Counted from the stretch's first letter, positions 18,901 through 26,956 are shown. The stretch is DNA of 64,000 nt from Candidatus Nanoarchaeia archaeon (GCA_028711165.1 JAQTST010000001.1:149872-213871), one strand, 5' to 3'. Notes: generated by a model from the sequence alone, not told the origin. Translations and numbers: made by a program.

Positions 18901-21900
18901 AATATTTTAACAAGGAACAGCTGAGAGATATTGAATTATACTGCAATATTTTAAAATCACCGACGGCAAGTGCTGAATTAAAGCAAATTGCAAACCAGAG
19001 AATTTATTCTGAGCTGACTGATGTCAAAACAAATGTCGGGAATCTTGTTGAGATAGTAAATCTCGCCAGCCGTTTTGGAGTATCATCCAGCGATATAACT
19101 TTTATAGAAACCGGACAGAATGTCAGAAAGTTCAAATATGAAGGATTGACAAACGGGAACAGAATTCCTACTGAAAATTCAAATGCGCCAATTGCAATAA
19201 TTTCTGCTTCTGACGGCGGGAAATATATTTTACTGCTCGACGATTCTGCAGGAACACAGCAGCTTCCTGTTTTAGGCGCTTACAGCATTATCGACGGTTC
19301 GAAATATTCTGAAATTCCTTCGGAGCTGAAAAATATTTATTTCCAGAGATTCGACGCGACGACTTACCAGAACGAATACAAGAATGCCCAGCTGAGATAT
19401 TACGAGACTGAACCTTACAAAGGGCTTCCTGCAATTGTCCCTTTTGATTTAAAGAACGGCTGGTATGCAGCGACGAGACAGACACTTCCTACCGGGGGAA
19501 GCATTCAGCCTTACGACGCTTCTGCACGTCCAAATAGTTTTTACCTTTGCAACGTCGGAGAAAACGGGCTGGAAGAATTCCAGACTATCGGTGATGATAC
19601 CTGCGAGATGATTAATCTTGGAACAGGAATGTCTTACGACCAATTCCCTGGTTTAGATGAGAGAGATGCGAAGACTCAGATTGACAAGGCTGTGCAGGCA
19701 ATAACTCAGGCGTCTAAACTTTACAGAGCAGGACTCTCGGGGAAAGTTAATATTTTAGGAAACAGCGTCAGTGTTGGAAGTCCTGCTGCGGATATTCCGC
19801 AATTCCAGTGCCAGGATTTCATGTCTCCAAATGAATGTTTGGTATTGTTCAATTTATGCGACCCTGTGATTTGTCCGTCGAGCAGATGTGATTTGGGCGG
19901 CGCTTATCCTGTCAAAGATGTTGTGCAGACAGGAGTAATCGGAAGTTTGGTTTTGTGTCTGCCTAATGTTCAGGAAGGAATTATTTTCCCTGTATGCCTT
20001 ACAGGAGTAAAAGCAGGAATCGACGGATTTTTGTCAATAACAAAATCTTACAGAGATTGTCTTCAGGAAAGTCTGAGAACAGGAAAAGTTGTTGGAGTCT
20101 GCGACGAGATTTACAGTCTTTACATTTGCGATTTCTTCTGGAGACAGGCACTTCCTCTTACTGACATCGCAATTCCAAAAATCGTTGAGTTTTTATCAGG
20201 ACAAGGAACAAGAGGCGGAGGAGAATATGCAAGTGTTCAAAACTCATGGAACTCTGCAGAAAGTGCGATAAGTTTTTTCACTAATTATTACGGGGCAAAT
20301 GCCAAGGATGCATTTTTAGCGAGGACAACAGAAACTGTGAAGAGCGAAGTTTGCAAGTCATACACTTCGGCAGTTGTTCCTTCAGGAGCTGATTTCATAA
20401 ATCAGATAACAACTCCTGCTTCACCTGTTCAGTTTACTGCGAGATTTGACGAGATTCCTTTGACAACAGCGACGGTACCGCCAACATCACATTACAAAGT
20501 TTTCTATCACATTTTTGCAGGAAAAGATTCAGGAGCATATTATCAGGTTTATCTTAAAGGAACTGCCGGCAGTTCATATTATCAGGATGCTTCGCAGAAT
20601 TTAGCAATTGCTTCTGGCTACATCAGCGTCGGTGGTTATGCAACTGAAACAAAAGATTTGACAGCTGTTGCAGGATATAATCAGTTGTGCGTGAATGTCA
20701 ACGGGCAGGAAGAATGCGGATTCAAGGAAGTCTCGACGGACTTTGCGATTAATTATCTCAAGGATGAATATCTTGCAAGCCAGGCAACTGAGACAGACAT
20801 CACGACTGAGGCTGGGTGTATTTCGGGAAGCGCGAGTGTTTACAGCATTTTGACAAATCCTAATGTCCAGCAAGGTGCAGAGGAAACAATTAATCCTGAA
20901 ATTTACAACAGAGGAATTACAAGAATCTGCGCGACAGACAATCCTGGAATAGGAACAGATACTTCTCCTTATGTTGCGACGAAAATAACCGGCGGAATGA
21001 TAACTGGAAAAGTTACAGATACAGAAACTGACGGAAATATCCCTACAGACGACAGCACTCCAACACCTGAACCCACTCCAACCCCTACAGAAACAACAAA
21101 TGATGAAGAACCACCAACCACAATCGAGGAAGACAAAAAAATAATTGAGGAATTGACAAAAGAGCCAGGAGTAAAGAACGGGCCGAGGTGGGTTGCAGTT
21201 GGTTATTGTGATAATGAAAAAATAAAATGTTGGCTTGATACAGAAAGTGTCAAGGATGTAATTAAGACGACGACAATTGAAGGCGAGGCATTACAGGATG
21301 TCCAGAAAAATTATATGGATGTTCTGAGAAATGAGGGGAATTATCTCAGCGAGAAAGAGTTTTCATCTTCTGTCCAGGAAATAGAAAAGGAGAAAAATTC
21401 TGCTAAAAAAATAACTATCATTGACAACATTTTTGACAGAACATTCTGGAGCACTGAAAAAGTTCAGCTGATATTTTTGAGAGGAAATGCTTACATGGAA
21501 TTGCTTAAACTTTTAATCGGGACACAGCCAAAACCAGAAACAACGACGACAACTGCAAGCACAGAGCTTTCTAATATCACTGACGCAAGGCAGAGAGTTT
21601 TAGTTGCTGCTGAAAAATTAACCGGCGCGATTGTAACAATTCCGAGAAGCGGATTCCTTGTCTGCGGTGCTGCTGCTTTGAAAATTTATTCTTATGCACA
21701 GGTTTCATACAAATGCGTTTACGGAGATAAAGAAGCAAGTTATTTAGTATACCAACAATATTTCAACAAAGACAGTAAAGTAATAGTTAATGTCCCCGGC
21801 AAATTTTCTCCTTATGCCGGATGTCCTCTGAAACCAATATCCCAGAAATTTGACAACATCAAGCCAGGAGATTATCTTGTAAGAATCTGGGACAGCAAAT

Positions 21901-23000
21901 ATAATCACGGAGTTATTTTCCTTGGGTGGGAAGACAAGGGCAAAAGAATTGCAAGATTATTTGACTGGAATGGCGATTACTTGAAAGAAGGAGAGAAAGA
22001 TTCTCAAGGGAAGATATGCACAAGAGAAAACTTTTTCCGAGCTGATACCTGCACTGGCGGAGGAAATAATTACTGCACTTATAACGGAAATTATTTCTGC
22101 AAGACTTACTGGACTTACACAAGTGATTTAACCGACGCTGCCGGACAGCCAGTTTATATGGTTCATAGCCCTGACACTTCGGGGATAGACATTACAACTA
22201 CAGAAATTGGAAAAGATATTTCTCCTGCTCCTCCTACGGAATTTACAAGCGGATATTCTCCTGCACAACCCACAAAAACAACTGTCGGAGACAAAATTTA
22301 TTCTGAGGCTGCGAAACTTTTGGGAAGCAGTTATGTTTCTTCTGCTGAATTTGTAAGCCGTTCACTAATAAATGCAGGAGTCAGTTCTCTCGGCATTCGT
22401 TCATTTGAAGAATTGATTCATGGATTTGAAACTCCCGCAAATAATTTTATGGAAATTGATCCTGATTACATGAAGGCTGGAGATATAATTGTTCTTGGAA
22501 AAGAATGTCTGCCTGAAAATTCTATCGGCATTTTTGCTGACTGGGATTTGAGCACAAAACAAGCTGTATTTTACACTCAGGAAAAAGGACTTTTTGACGA
22601 CGGTAAAGTTGTTCAGAAAAGAGAATCTGTGTCAAACATTTTAACGCTTAATAATAATGTATATGTTTCGAGAGCTTACAGATATATTGGAAATTTAACT
22701 GCAGAAGAAAAATCTGCAATAATTCCTTCAAGGGCAACATGGATAATATTAAGTGCACTTAACAAAATTTCCCCTCCTTACTCCGGGGCAGGAAATCCCC
22801 TTACAGGAAATTACGACGAGAACAAGCAGTTTATTGATGAACTTATTATCGACGGGCTTTTGACAGAACAGGAATGCAAAGATGTCAGAGGCAATCAAAT
22901 CTTTGGAGCAAATATGGGACAGAAGGATATTAACTGGGTTAAGAATATCTTGGTAGGAAAACAATCAGGAATGCAGGCAGAAAGTATTGGTGCTGATTAA
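15978..23000 (+). CDS. giant secreted protein (2340 aa) with Cys-rich/hydrophobic core, Pro/Thr linker and two C-terminal papain-fold-like (NlpC/P60- or CHAP-like) modules
   Basis: Uninterrupted 7 kb ORF with a signal-like segment IIFGMFFVFVILFLQFISA. Cys-rich block FQCQDFMSPNECLVLFNLCDPVICPSSRCD... at about 19800-20200. PT linker at about 21040-21125. Module 1 (about 21575-21990) has FLVCGAAAL ... NHGVIFLGW. Module 2 (about 22283-22560) has SSAEFVSRSL ... GDIIVLG ... SIGIFAD. Confidence 0.85.
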   Translation: MTRKKIIFGMFFVFVILFLQFISADIISNVQTSQFNLDTKKSLDTSLCQEGKDFLVQISPSGCEPAVVRTDLLEEEDVQVYCKLGATQINPLIDVQTIDSISFSGTYPKEVSSIGFHPAKAALGVKGDLNSPVLNNIGYVVINLKKQANASAIPEFVEGKLTAKIKYNVKSALGIGNAQIYVSDLDNADWEARRYQYNFWNGKGTLKSDGIGTDNAQISVYSNEKKISSVSLKKGETSSMIYLPGLECQAGTKLKLDGLESPNTRAIIRVNAEVAEIAEGEKFLDNKCSVKNLEYRGINQHVDIRCIEDGKTSEFGLSINPKITLKLAGKDLGVITNIPGAYEEATRDYSVGDWLYDTTYLGNPGSVYLAYIGTDRDSKNVDDLFIYLTFSLLKKEKLSEEEISTASALIGDLKEAGQTSTGYIDITSDAISRFAGLLNGIGRAIEKGEYYWRLNFGENHQVPEISGPTISIVNLAGATDAELTGNAKEYYDGAKADYETIRESYSSETYTKDETSTFGEEAFYNEILLAWNANQKKFAYDLCQEYIQAYPNSKKDLSYCTDAIKLANQDAQEVYVTINGEIKTISFDGINEPTFEDFGATVRINAPDGTVRSFDLKKNTIVYLDKNQEIYAVHPIIGGVVYFKYSNGWSWSYDKVTWVISPDANSATQLINQLKGKTLDDGKTTLINQGAVKETMVINDYLQLNSLDDNSATIRTNLNVYGLSETIAKEFSGGIITLQKDVPKDLGTGYVFTLTDINLKKVAKVSVLPNINNAGTTADFSFKIGIEKRAINLPPEQVRNLITTLNKTINDWEGISSTLGGVTQGLQTGCLAAGAALVAKNFLFGVGGEGIARQTIMRGSNGWTERCAQLVAQGTYNSQDQCYLSNADKIDKDVVAVSGIIEQQNSKIKQIESGITQAQFLTESIVNTTAFMEKYTPQVRSCLGNQNYADPSGKGTAITTDDLNAISYENWKVKQYFNKEQLRDIELYCNILKSPTASAELKQIANQRIYSELTDVKTNVGNLVEIVNLASRFGVSSSDITFIETGQNVRKFKYEGLTNGNRIPTENSNAPIAIISASDGGKYILLLDDSAGTQQLPVLGAYSIIDGSKYSEIPSELKNIYFQRFDATTYQNEYKNAQLRYYETEPYKGLPAIVPFDLKNGWYAATRQTLPTGGSIQPYDASARPNSFYLCNVGENGLEEFQTIGDDTCEMINLGTGMSYDQFPGLDERDAKTQIDKAVQAITQASKLYRAGLSGKVNILGNSVSVGSPAADIPQFQCQDFMSPNECLVLFNLCDPVICPSSRCDLGGAYPVKDVVQTGVIGSLVLCLPNVQEGIIFPVCLTGVKAGIDGFLSITKSYRDCLQESLRTGKVVGVCDEIYSLYICDFFWRQALPLTDIAIPKIVEFLSGQGTRGGGEYASVQNSWNSAESAISFFTNYYGANAKDAFLARTTETVKSEVCKSYTSAVVPSGADFINQITTPASPVQFTARFDEIPLTTATVPPTSHYKVFYHIFAGKDSGAYYQVYLKGTAGSSYYQDASQNLAIASGYISVGGYATETKDLTAVAGYNQLCVNVNGQEECGFKEVSTDFAINYLKDEYLASQATETDITTEAGCISGSASVYSILTNPNVQQGAEETINPEIYNRGITRICATDNPGIGTDTSPYVATKITGGMITGKVTDTETDGNIPTDDSTPTPEPTPTPTETTNDEEPPTTIEEDKKIIEELTKEPGVKNGPRWVAVGYCDNEKIKCWLDTESVKDVIKTTTIEGEALQDVQKNYMDVLRNEGNYLSEKEFSSSVQEIEKEKNSAKKITIIDNIFDRTFWSTEKVQLIFLRGNAYMELLKLLIGTQPKPETTTTTASTELSNITDARQRVLVAAEKLTGAIVTIPRSGFLVCGAAALKIYSYAQVSYKCVYGDKEASYLVYQQYFNKDSKVIVNVPGKFSPYAGCPLKPISQKFDNIKPGDYLVRIWDSKYNHGVIFLGWEDKGKRIARLFDWNGDYLKEGEKDSQGKICTRENFFRADTCTGGGNNYCTYNGNYFCKTYWTYTSDLTDAAGQPVYMVHSPDTSGIDITTTEIGKDISPAPPTEFTSGYSPAQPTKTTVGDKIYSEAAKLLGSSYVSSAEFVSRSLINAGVSSLGIRSFEELIHGFETPANNFMEIDPDYMKAGDIIVLGKECLPENSIGIFADWDLSTKQAVFYTQEKGLFDDGKVVQKRESVSNILTLNNNVYVSRAYRYIGNLTAEEKSAIIPSRATWIILSALNKISPPYSGAGNPLTGNYDENKQFIDELIIDGLLTEQECKDVRGNQIFGANMGQKDINWVKNILVGKQSGMQAESIGAD

Positions 23001-23737
23001 TTTGCAGTAGAACTTCCTATCTCTTGAGTTTGCATTCTGTTTAGTTCATTAAAATCTTTAATTAATCTCGGACGGTAAATCTGATTCTCGTTGTAGATTG
23101 TTAAATTTCCGCAGGAGTTATCCATTCGGATTTTAGCCCCCCTCACAGGAGTCATGTAGAAAGGTAATTTTTCTTTTTCGTTTATTTTTTTATCTTCAAC
23201 CAATATGACGAAATATTCCTCATTCAAAATTTTCATTGTGGGAAGAGCAAAAATTGCATCTTCTTCTGTAGTTATTACTTTATAGCCCATATCATTTTCA
23301 CTTTCTCTCCTTCTTTTTAATTCTTCAAGGGAAGTCATATACGCCCTTGTTCCATAAATTCCACTATTCCTTAAAGTTATCCAATCTGCCCATTTATCTT
23401 TCTTGCCTGTCCCATCTATAACTAATTCAGGGAGATACATTTCTGTAGAATTTAATTTTATAGTTTTAGAATCTATATCAAGTTCTCTCTGAGTCTTGTC
23501 CCACGGATAAAACAGCATCGGGAGACTATTCGGTATTTGAGCTGTTTCCTGCAAATAATATATTTTGTCGTAAATAGAATGTTCTGCTAAATCAAAAGGA
23601 ACTTTAGTTTCATCTACCTTTGAATATTCCGTGTTATAAATGTGTCCTTCTGGGAAATTTCTTTCCGGGACAGTGGTGCATCCTAAACTAGAAATGGTTA
23701 ATGCTGCAGCGAGTATTTTTTTTGTTAAACTCATCAC
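22997..23737 (-). CDS. hypothetical lipoprotein
   Basis: Lipobox-like LTISSLGC after an N-terminal hydrophobic segment. Convergent 4-nt overlap with the giant ORF. Confidence 0.55.
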   Translation of the reverse strand: MMSLTKKILAAALTISSLGCTTVPERNFPEGHIYNTEYSKVDETKVPFDLAEHSIYDKIYYLQETAQIPNSLPMLFYPWDKTQRELDIDSKTIKLNSTEMYLPELVIDGTGKKDKWADWITLRNSGIYGTRAYMTSLEELKRRRESENDMGYKVITTEEDAIFALPTMKILNEEYFVILVEDKKINEKEKLPFYMTPVRGAKIRMDNSCGNLTIYNENQIYRPRLIKDFNELNRMQTQEIGSSTAN

Positions 23738-23786
23738 TTTCCATTAAGATAAGAATTTATAAATGTTTTTAGAAATGCGGAGTATA

Positions 23787-23865
23787 ACTCGCGACCTCGC
23801 TCATTTATCACTGATCCTCCCTTCGCGAAATCGCTCGGGATTTGCACCTCGGTTCAAATTAAGTT
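23787..23865 (-). mobile_element. family B miniature insert 3' of tRNA-Leu, flanked by a 14-bp duplication of the tRNA 3' end
   Basis: AAATGCGGAGTATA at 23773-23786 and 23866-23879 (exact). The insert, read in tRNA sense, is AACTTAATTTGAACCGAGGTGCAAATCCCGAGCGATTTCGCGAAGGGAGG...AATGAGCGAGGTCGCGAGT. It aligns with the inserts at 27928, 29199, 33443 and 50857. Confidence 0.6.
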
Positions 23866-23868
23866 AAA

Positions 23869-23952
23869 TGCGGAGTATAGGATTTGAACCTATGTAGGCA
23901 CTAAGCCATCAGCTCCTAAGGCTGACCCATTTGACCGCTCTGGCAACTCCGC
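23869..23952 (-). tRNA. tRNA-Leu(UAG)
   Basis: Acceptor GCGGAGT/ACTCCGC+A, anticodon arm TCAGC-CTTAGGA-GCTGA, long variable arm TGGCTTAGTGCCTAC, T arm ATAGG-TTCAAAT-CCTAT. Confidence 0.9.
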
Positions 23953-23953
23953 T

Positions 23954-24016
23954 TGTAAGACACCTTATCGGTTTCTTGACACTCAATTTCCCTTTGCAAT
24001 ACTGCTCAGGGCTGAT
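23954..24016 (-). repeat. family C leader module, copy C1 (between promoter and tRNA-Leu)
   Basis: TGTAAGACACCTTATCGGTTTCTTGACACTCAATTTCCCTTTGCAATACTGCTCAGGGCTGAT is nearly identical to 26582-26643. Similarity continues into the TATA region. Confidence 0.75.
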
Positions 24017-24031
24017 TCTTTCAAATAACCT

Positions 24032-24047
24032 GAATATAAAAAGTTTT
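24032..24047 (-). promoter_or_regulatory. BRE/TATA-like promoter for the C1 leader and tRNA-Leu
   Basis: Minus-strand AAAACTTTTTATATTC lies about 85 nt upstream of the tRNA 5' end and immediately after the stop of the upstream gene. Confidence 0.4.
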
Positions 24048-24054
24048 AGAATTA

Positions 24055-24615
24055 TTAAATTCCGAAATCAACCTGCTGATACAATTCAAAATAACCTTTC
24101 GAAAACAAAACGAAATCACTGGCTACTCTTTTAACTGTTGTTTTTCCAAACACCATCGACTCTTTAATATATTCTTCATCCTGTTTCATTTTGATGATTT
24201 CTTCAGAAGTAGTTCTAATCTCGATATCTTTCTCAAATGTCTCTCCTTTCTTTATTATAATTTCCCCTTTTTTTATCTCGACAAAATACGGATTCTCGTC
24301 GATAAATACCTGTATCTTTGGTGTTGTTCGGGTGTAAGGAATTTCGTGCAGGTTATATAATTTTAAAAGAATCGCCATCTGTCTTACAATCTCTTCCTGC
24401 GAGTCTGAAAGGTTTGCCTCATTGACAATTTCAAATTCTGTTTCATTTCCCACTAAAGCAGATTCTTTTATCTCTGCTGTTTCTGCCTGATATTCTTCTG
24501 TATAATCCAGCCCGTTAAGTGAAAGATAAATGAAAGATGCAACCAAACCAAATGCAACCAGACTAAACATAAATAACATTATTGCAGGAACGTTCAATTC
24601 TCTTTTTTCTCTCAT
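24055..24615 (-). CDS. hypothetical membrane-anchored protein, tandem paralog 1
   Basis: N-terminal TM helix. Shares blocks with 24654-25151 (HE(I/V)P(Y/F)...TPKIQ, IIIKKGE/VIIHDGE, DI(E/I)IRTT..EI(I/M)KM, DFVLFSKGY). Confidence 0.55.
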   Translation of the reverse strand: MREKRELNVPAIMLFMFSLVAFGLVASFIYLSLNGLDYTEEYQAETAEIKESALVGNETEFEIVNEANLSDSQEEIVRQMAILLKLYNLHEIPYTRTTPKIQVFIDENPYFVEIKKGEIIIKKGETFEKDIEIRTTSEEIIKMKQDEEYIKESMVFGKTTVKRVASDFVLFSKGYFELYQQVDFGI

Positions 24616-24653
24616 CCTTAATTTAGTAAAAATTCATATAAAAAGTTTTAGAA

Positions 24654-25151
24654 TCATCCCGATGCGAGCATTTTTTCAAAATCAGGATAGCCTTTCGAGA
24701 ACAAAACGAAATCTTCTCCAACTTCTTCAATTTCAGTTCTTCCAGATAAAAAAGATTCTTCTGCATAATCATTGTTCTCAACCATTTTCATAATTTCATC
24801 CCGCGTTGTTCTGATTATTATGTCTTCTTTATCGCTTTCTCCGTCGTGGATTATCACATCTCCTTTCACAATTTCTATGTAATATGCATTTACAAAATAA
24901 ATATCCTCTGTGATGTATAACTGTATCTTCGGTGTTTTGTCAGCAAAAGGAACTTCATGAATATCCTGCAACTGCAGTCCGTTAATCAGTGCTTTTATTG
25001 TTTCCATCTGTGCATGTTCGCTGTAAATCCCTGTCTGTTCAGTTCCTTTGAAAGTTGAGTAAACATAGAATAATGCCAATACAAATACAATCCCTTCAAA
25101 AACATAAAGCAATATCTTTGGAATATCCAGCTCTTTTTTCTCTTTTTCCAT
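24654..25151 (-). CDS. hypothetical membrane-anchored protein, tandem paralog 2
   Basis: Same architecture and shared blocks as 24055-24615. Confidence 0.55.
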   Translation of the reverse strand: MEKEKKELDIPKILLYVFEGIVFVLALFYVYSTFKGTEQTGIYSEHAQMETIKALINGLQLQDIHEVPFADKTPKIQLYITEDIYFVNAYYIEIVKGDVIIHDGESDKEDIIIRTTRDEIMKMVENNDYAEESFLSGRTEIEEVGEDFVLFSKGYPDFEKMLASG

Positions 25152-25158
25152 CGCAGAA

Positions 25159-26073
25159 TTAATTTCTTTGCTCTTTCTCTTTTATCTTATCTTCAAGTTT
25201 CAATTTTTCGATTAATTCTTTATAACGATTTCTTATTGTGACTTCTGTAATTCCTGCAATGTCTGCAACTTCTCTCTGGGTTTTTTTCTCGTCGTTCATC
25301 AGCGCAGCGACGTAAAGTGCAGCGGCTGCAATTCCTGCAGGGCCTCTTCCCGAAGTTAGTTCAACTTTTTCTGCATTTTTCAAAACACTAAGTGCATCAT
25401 TCTGCGTCTTTGGAGAGAGCTTCAAAACAGAGGAGAATCTTGATATGTAATCTTTTGGAGAACTTTGCTTTACTTTAATTCCTAATTTTCTTATTATGAA
25501 TCTGTAAGTTCTTCCGATTTCTTTTCTTTCCACATCGGACGCGGTTGTCATTTCGTCGAGGGTTCTTGGAATATTGTAGCTTCTGCATGCGGCGTACAAA
25601 CATGCTGCGATTACTGACTCCATACTTCTTCCCCTGACTAATCCTCTCTGCAAAACATAATTGTAAATTCTTGCTGCTTCATCTCTTACGACATTCGGCA
25701 AATTAAGGTAAGAAGCTATAACTCTGAGTTCTGCCATTGCAAGTCTTAAATTTCTTTCAATAGAAGTTGAGACTCTCTCCTGCCATTTTTTTAATCTCAG
25801 GAATTTTCTTGTCTGTCCGGGTTCAAGCTTGTAAATATCAGAAATTTCTCCGACATTTGTTGTAAGCCCTTTGTCGAATTTCTGCATGCTGATGGGAGCT
25901 CCGCCCCTTCCTTTCTTTTCATCCTTGTCGAATTTTCCCTGCAAATCAATTCCGGTATCAGCCATCTTTTCTTCGACGACAAGTCCGCAATCATTGCAGA
26001 TAATTTCACCAAGATGAGAATCATAAGTAAGATTTATACTTCCGCACTCAGGACATTTTTTTACAAAACTCAT
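25159..26073 (-). CDS. tfb: transcription initiation factor IIB (TFB)
   Basis: N-terminal zinc ribbon CPECGS...CNDCG, two cyclin-fold repeats, and a C-terminal HTH (REVADIAGITEVTIRNRYKEL). Confidence 0.95.
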   Translation of the reverse strand: MSFVKKCPECGSINLTYDSHLGEIICNDCGLVVEEKMADTGIDLQGKFDKDEKKGRGGAPISMQKFDKGLTTNVGEISDIYKLEPGQTRKFLRLKKWQERVSTSIERNLRLAMAELRVIASYLNLPNVVRDEAARIYNYVLQRGLVRGRSMESVIAACLYAACRSYNIPRTLDEMTTASDVERKEIGRTYRFIIRKLGIKVKQSSPKDYISRFSSVLKLSPKTQNDALSVLKNAEKVELTSGRGPAGIAAAALYVAALMNDEKKTQREVADIAGITEVTIRNRYKELIEKLKLEDKIKEKEQRN

Positions 26074-26180
26074 TTTAACAGATTTTTCGGTAGCATTTAT
26101 AAATCTTTTCTATATTTAAACTTTTACTCTTTGTTAGTTATTCAAAAATGGTAAAAGTTTGTAAGAAATCAGCTTGATAT

Positions 26181-26543
26181 TTATTTTTCAATGAGAATTC
26201 CGTTAATCACTCCTTCCTGAGAAGGGCGATTTGTAACCTTGACTTTTCCTAATTCAGTCAAAATTATTGTTCCTTTTGTAATAATATTCTGTCTTGCAAG
26301 GAATCTGTTTGACGGAGTTTCAACGACATTTTTTATCTCTAATTTTTTGCTTTTCCCGTCGCCATAAATGTTTACTGATTTTGTTTTTAACAAGAATGTT
26401 TTTCTGTTTCCGCCTCTTGTTCTCTTATTTCTTATTTTTCCTTCTCCTACTTTTACTGTTCTTCTTTGCCCTGCTATTTCACGGGATTTTTTCTTTCTTG
26501 ACTGAATATACTTTCCGCCAGATATTTTTCTTCCAAGTTTCAT
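26181..26543 (-). CDS. rps8e: 30S ribosomal protein S8e
   Basis: MKLGRKISGGKY... and KRTRGGNRK pattern. Start moved to ATG 26543; the track ORF starts at an upstream GTG inside repeat C2. Confidence 0.85.
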   Translation of the reverse strand: MKLGRKISGGKYIQSRKKKSREIAGQRRTVKVGEGKIRNKRTRGGNRKTFLLKTKSVNIYGDGKSKKLEIKNVVETPSNRFLARQNIITKGTIILTELGKVKVTNRPSQEGVINGILIEK

Positions 26544-26581
26544 ATTACAATCTTTGATTTTTTGTTTAAATATCTTTCCCC

Positions 26582-26643
26582 TGTAAGACACCTATCGGTT
26601 TCTTGACACTCAACTTCCCTTTACAATACTGCTCAGGGCTGAT
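26582..26643 (-). repeat. family C leader module, copy C2 (5' of rps8e)
   Basis: TGTAAGACACCTATCGGTTTCTTGACACTCAACTTCCCTTTACAATACTGCTCAGGGCTGAT. Differs from C1 by a few substitutions and a 1-nt indel in a hairpin loop. Confidence 0.75.
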
Positions 26644-26654
26644 ACTCAATAATA

Positions 26655-26667
26655 CCTATATACTTCA
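26655..26667 (-). promoter_or_regulatory. TATA-like element upstream of the C2 leader and rps8e
   Basis: Minus-strand GAAGTATATAGGT in the position equivalent to the tRNA-Leu promoter. Confidence 0.3.
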
Positions 26668-26707
26668 CTGGCGAAACTTTTATAAATGATTTTTGGTGAT
26701 GTTAATT

Positions 26708-26956
26708 ATGGTTGGCGGAATTGAAAGACCTTTGGATTTGCTGAATAACGCAAAAGGAAAAGAAGTTTTGGTTTACCTGAAAGGCGACAAGCAATTTGTC
26801 GGAACTCTTTTAGCTTTTGATATTCACATAAATCTTGTATTGGACAACATAAAGGAAATGCAAAACGGCGAAGTAAAAAGAAATCTTGGACTTACATTCC
26901 TGAGAGGAGACACAATAATCTGTATTTCTCCTGCATCTACCAGTCTAAAAAAATAA
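26708..26956 (+). CDS. Sm-like archaeal protein (SmAP/LSm)
   Basis: Sm1/Sm2 pattern: KEVLVYLKGDKQFVGTLLAFDIHINLVLDN ... LTFLRGDTIICI. Start at ATG 26708, about 25 nt after the TATA-like CTTTTATAAAT. Confidence 0.9.
   Translation: MVGGIERPLDLLNNAKGKEVLVYLKGDKQFVGTLLAFDIHINLVLDNIKEMQNGEVKRNLGLTFLRGDTIICISPASTSLKK

Noticed and set aside
21040-21125. Pro/Thr-rich segment of the giant ORF, considered as a possible tandem DNA repeat.
   Set aside because: It is a short low-complexity linker (TPTPEPTPTPTETT) with no extended nucleotide periodicity.
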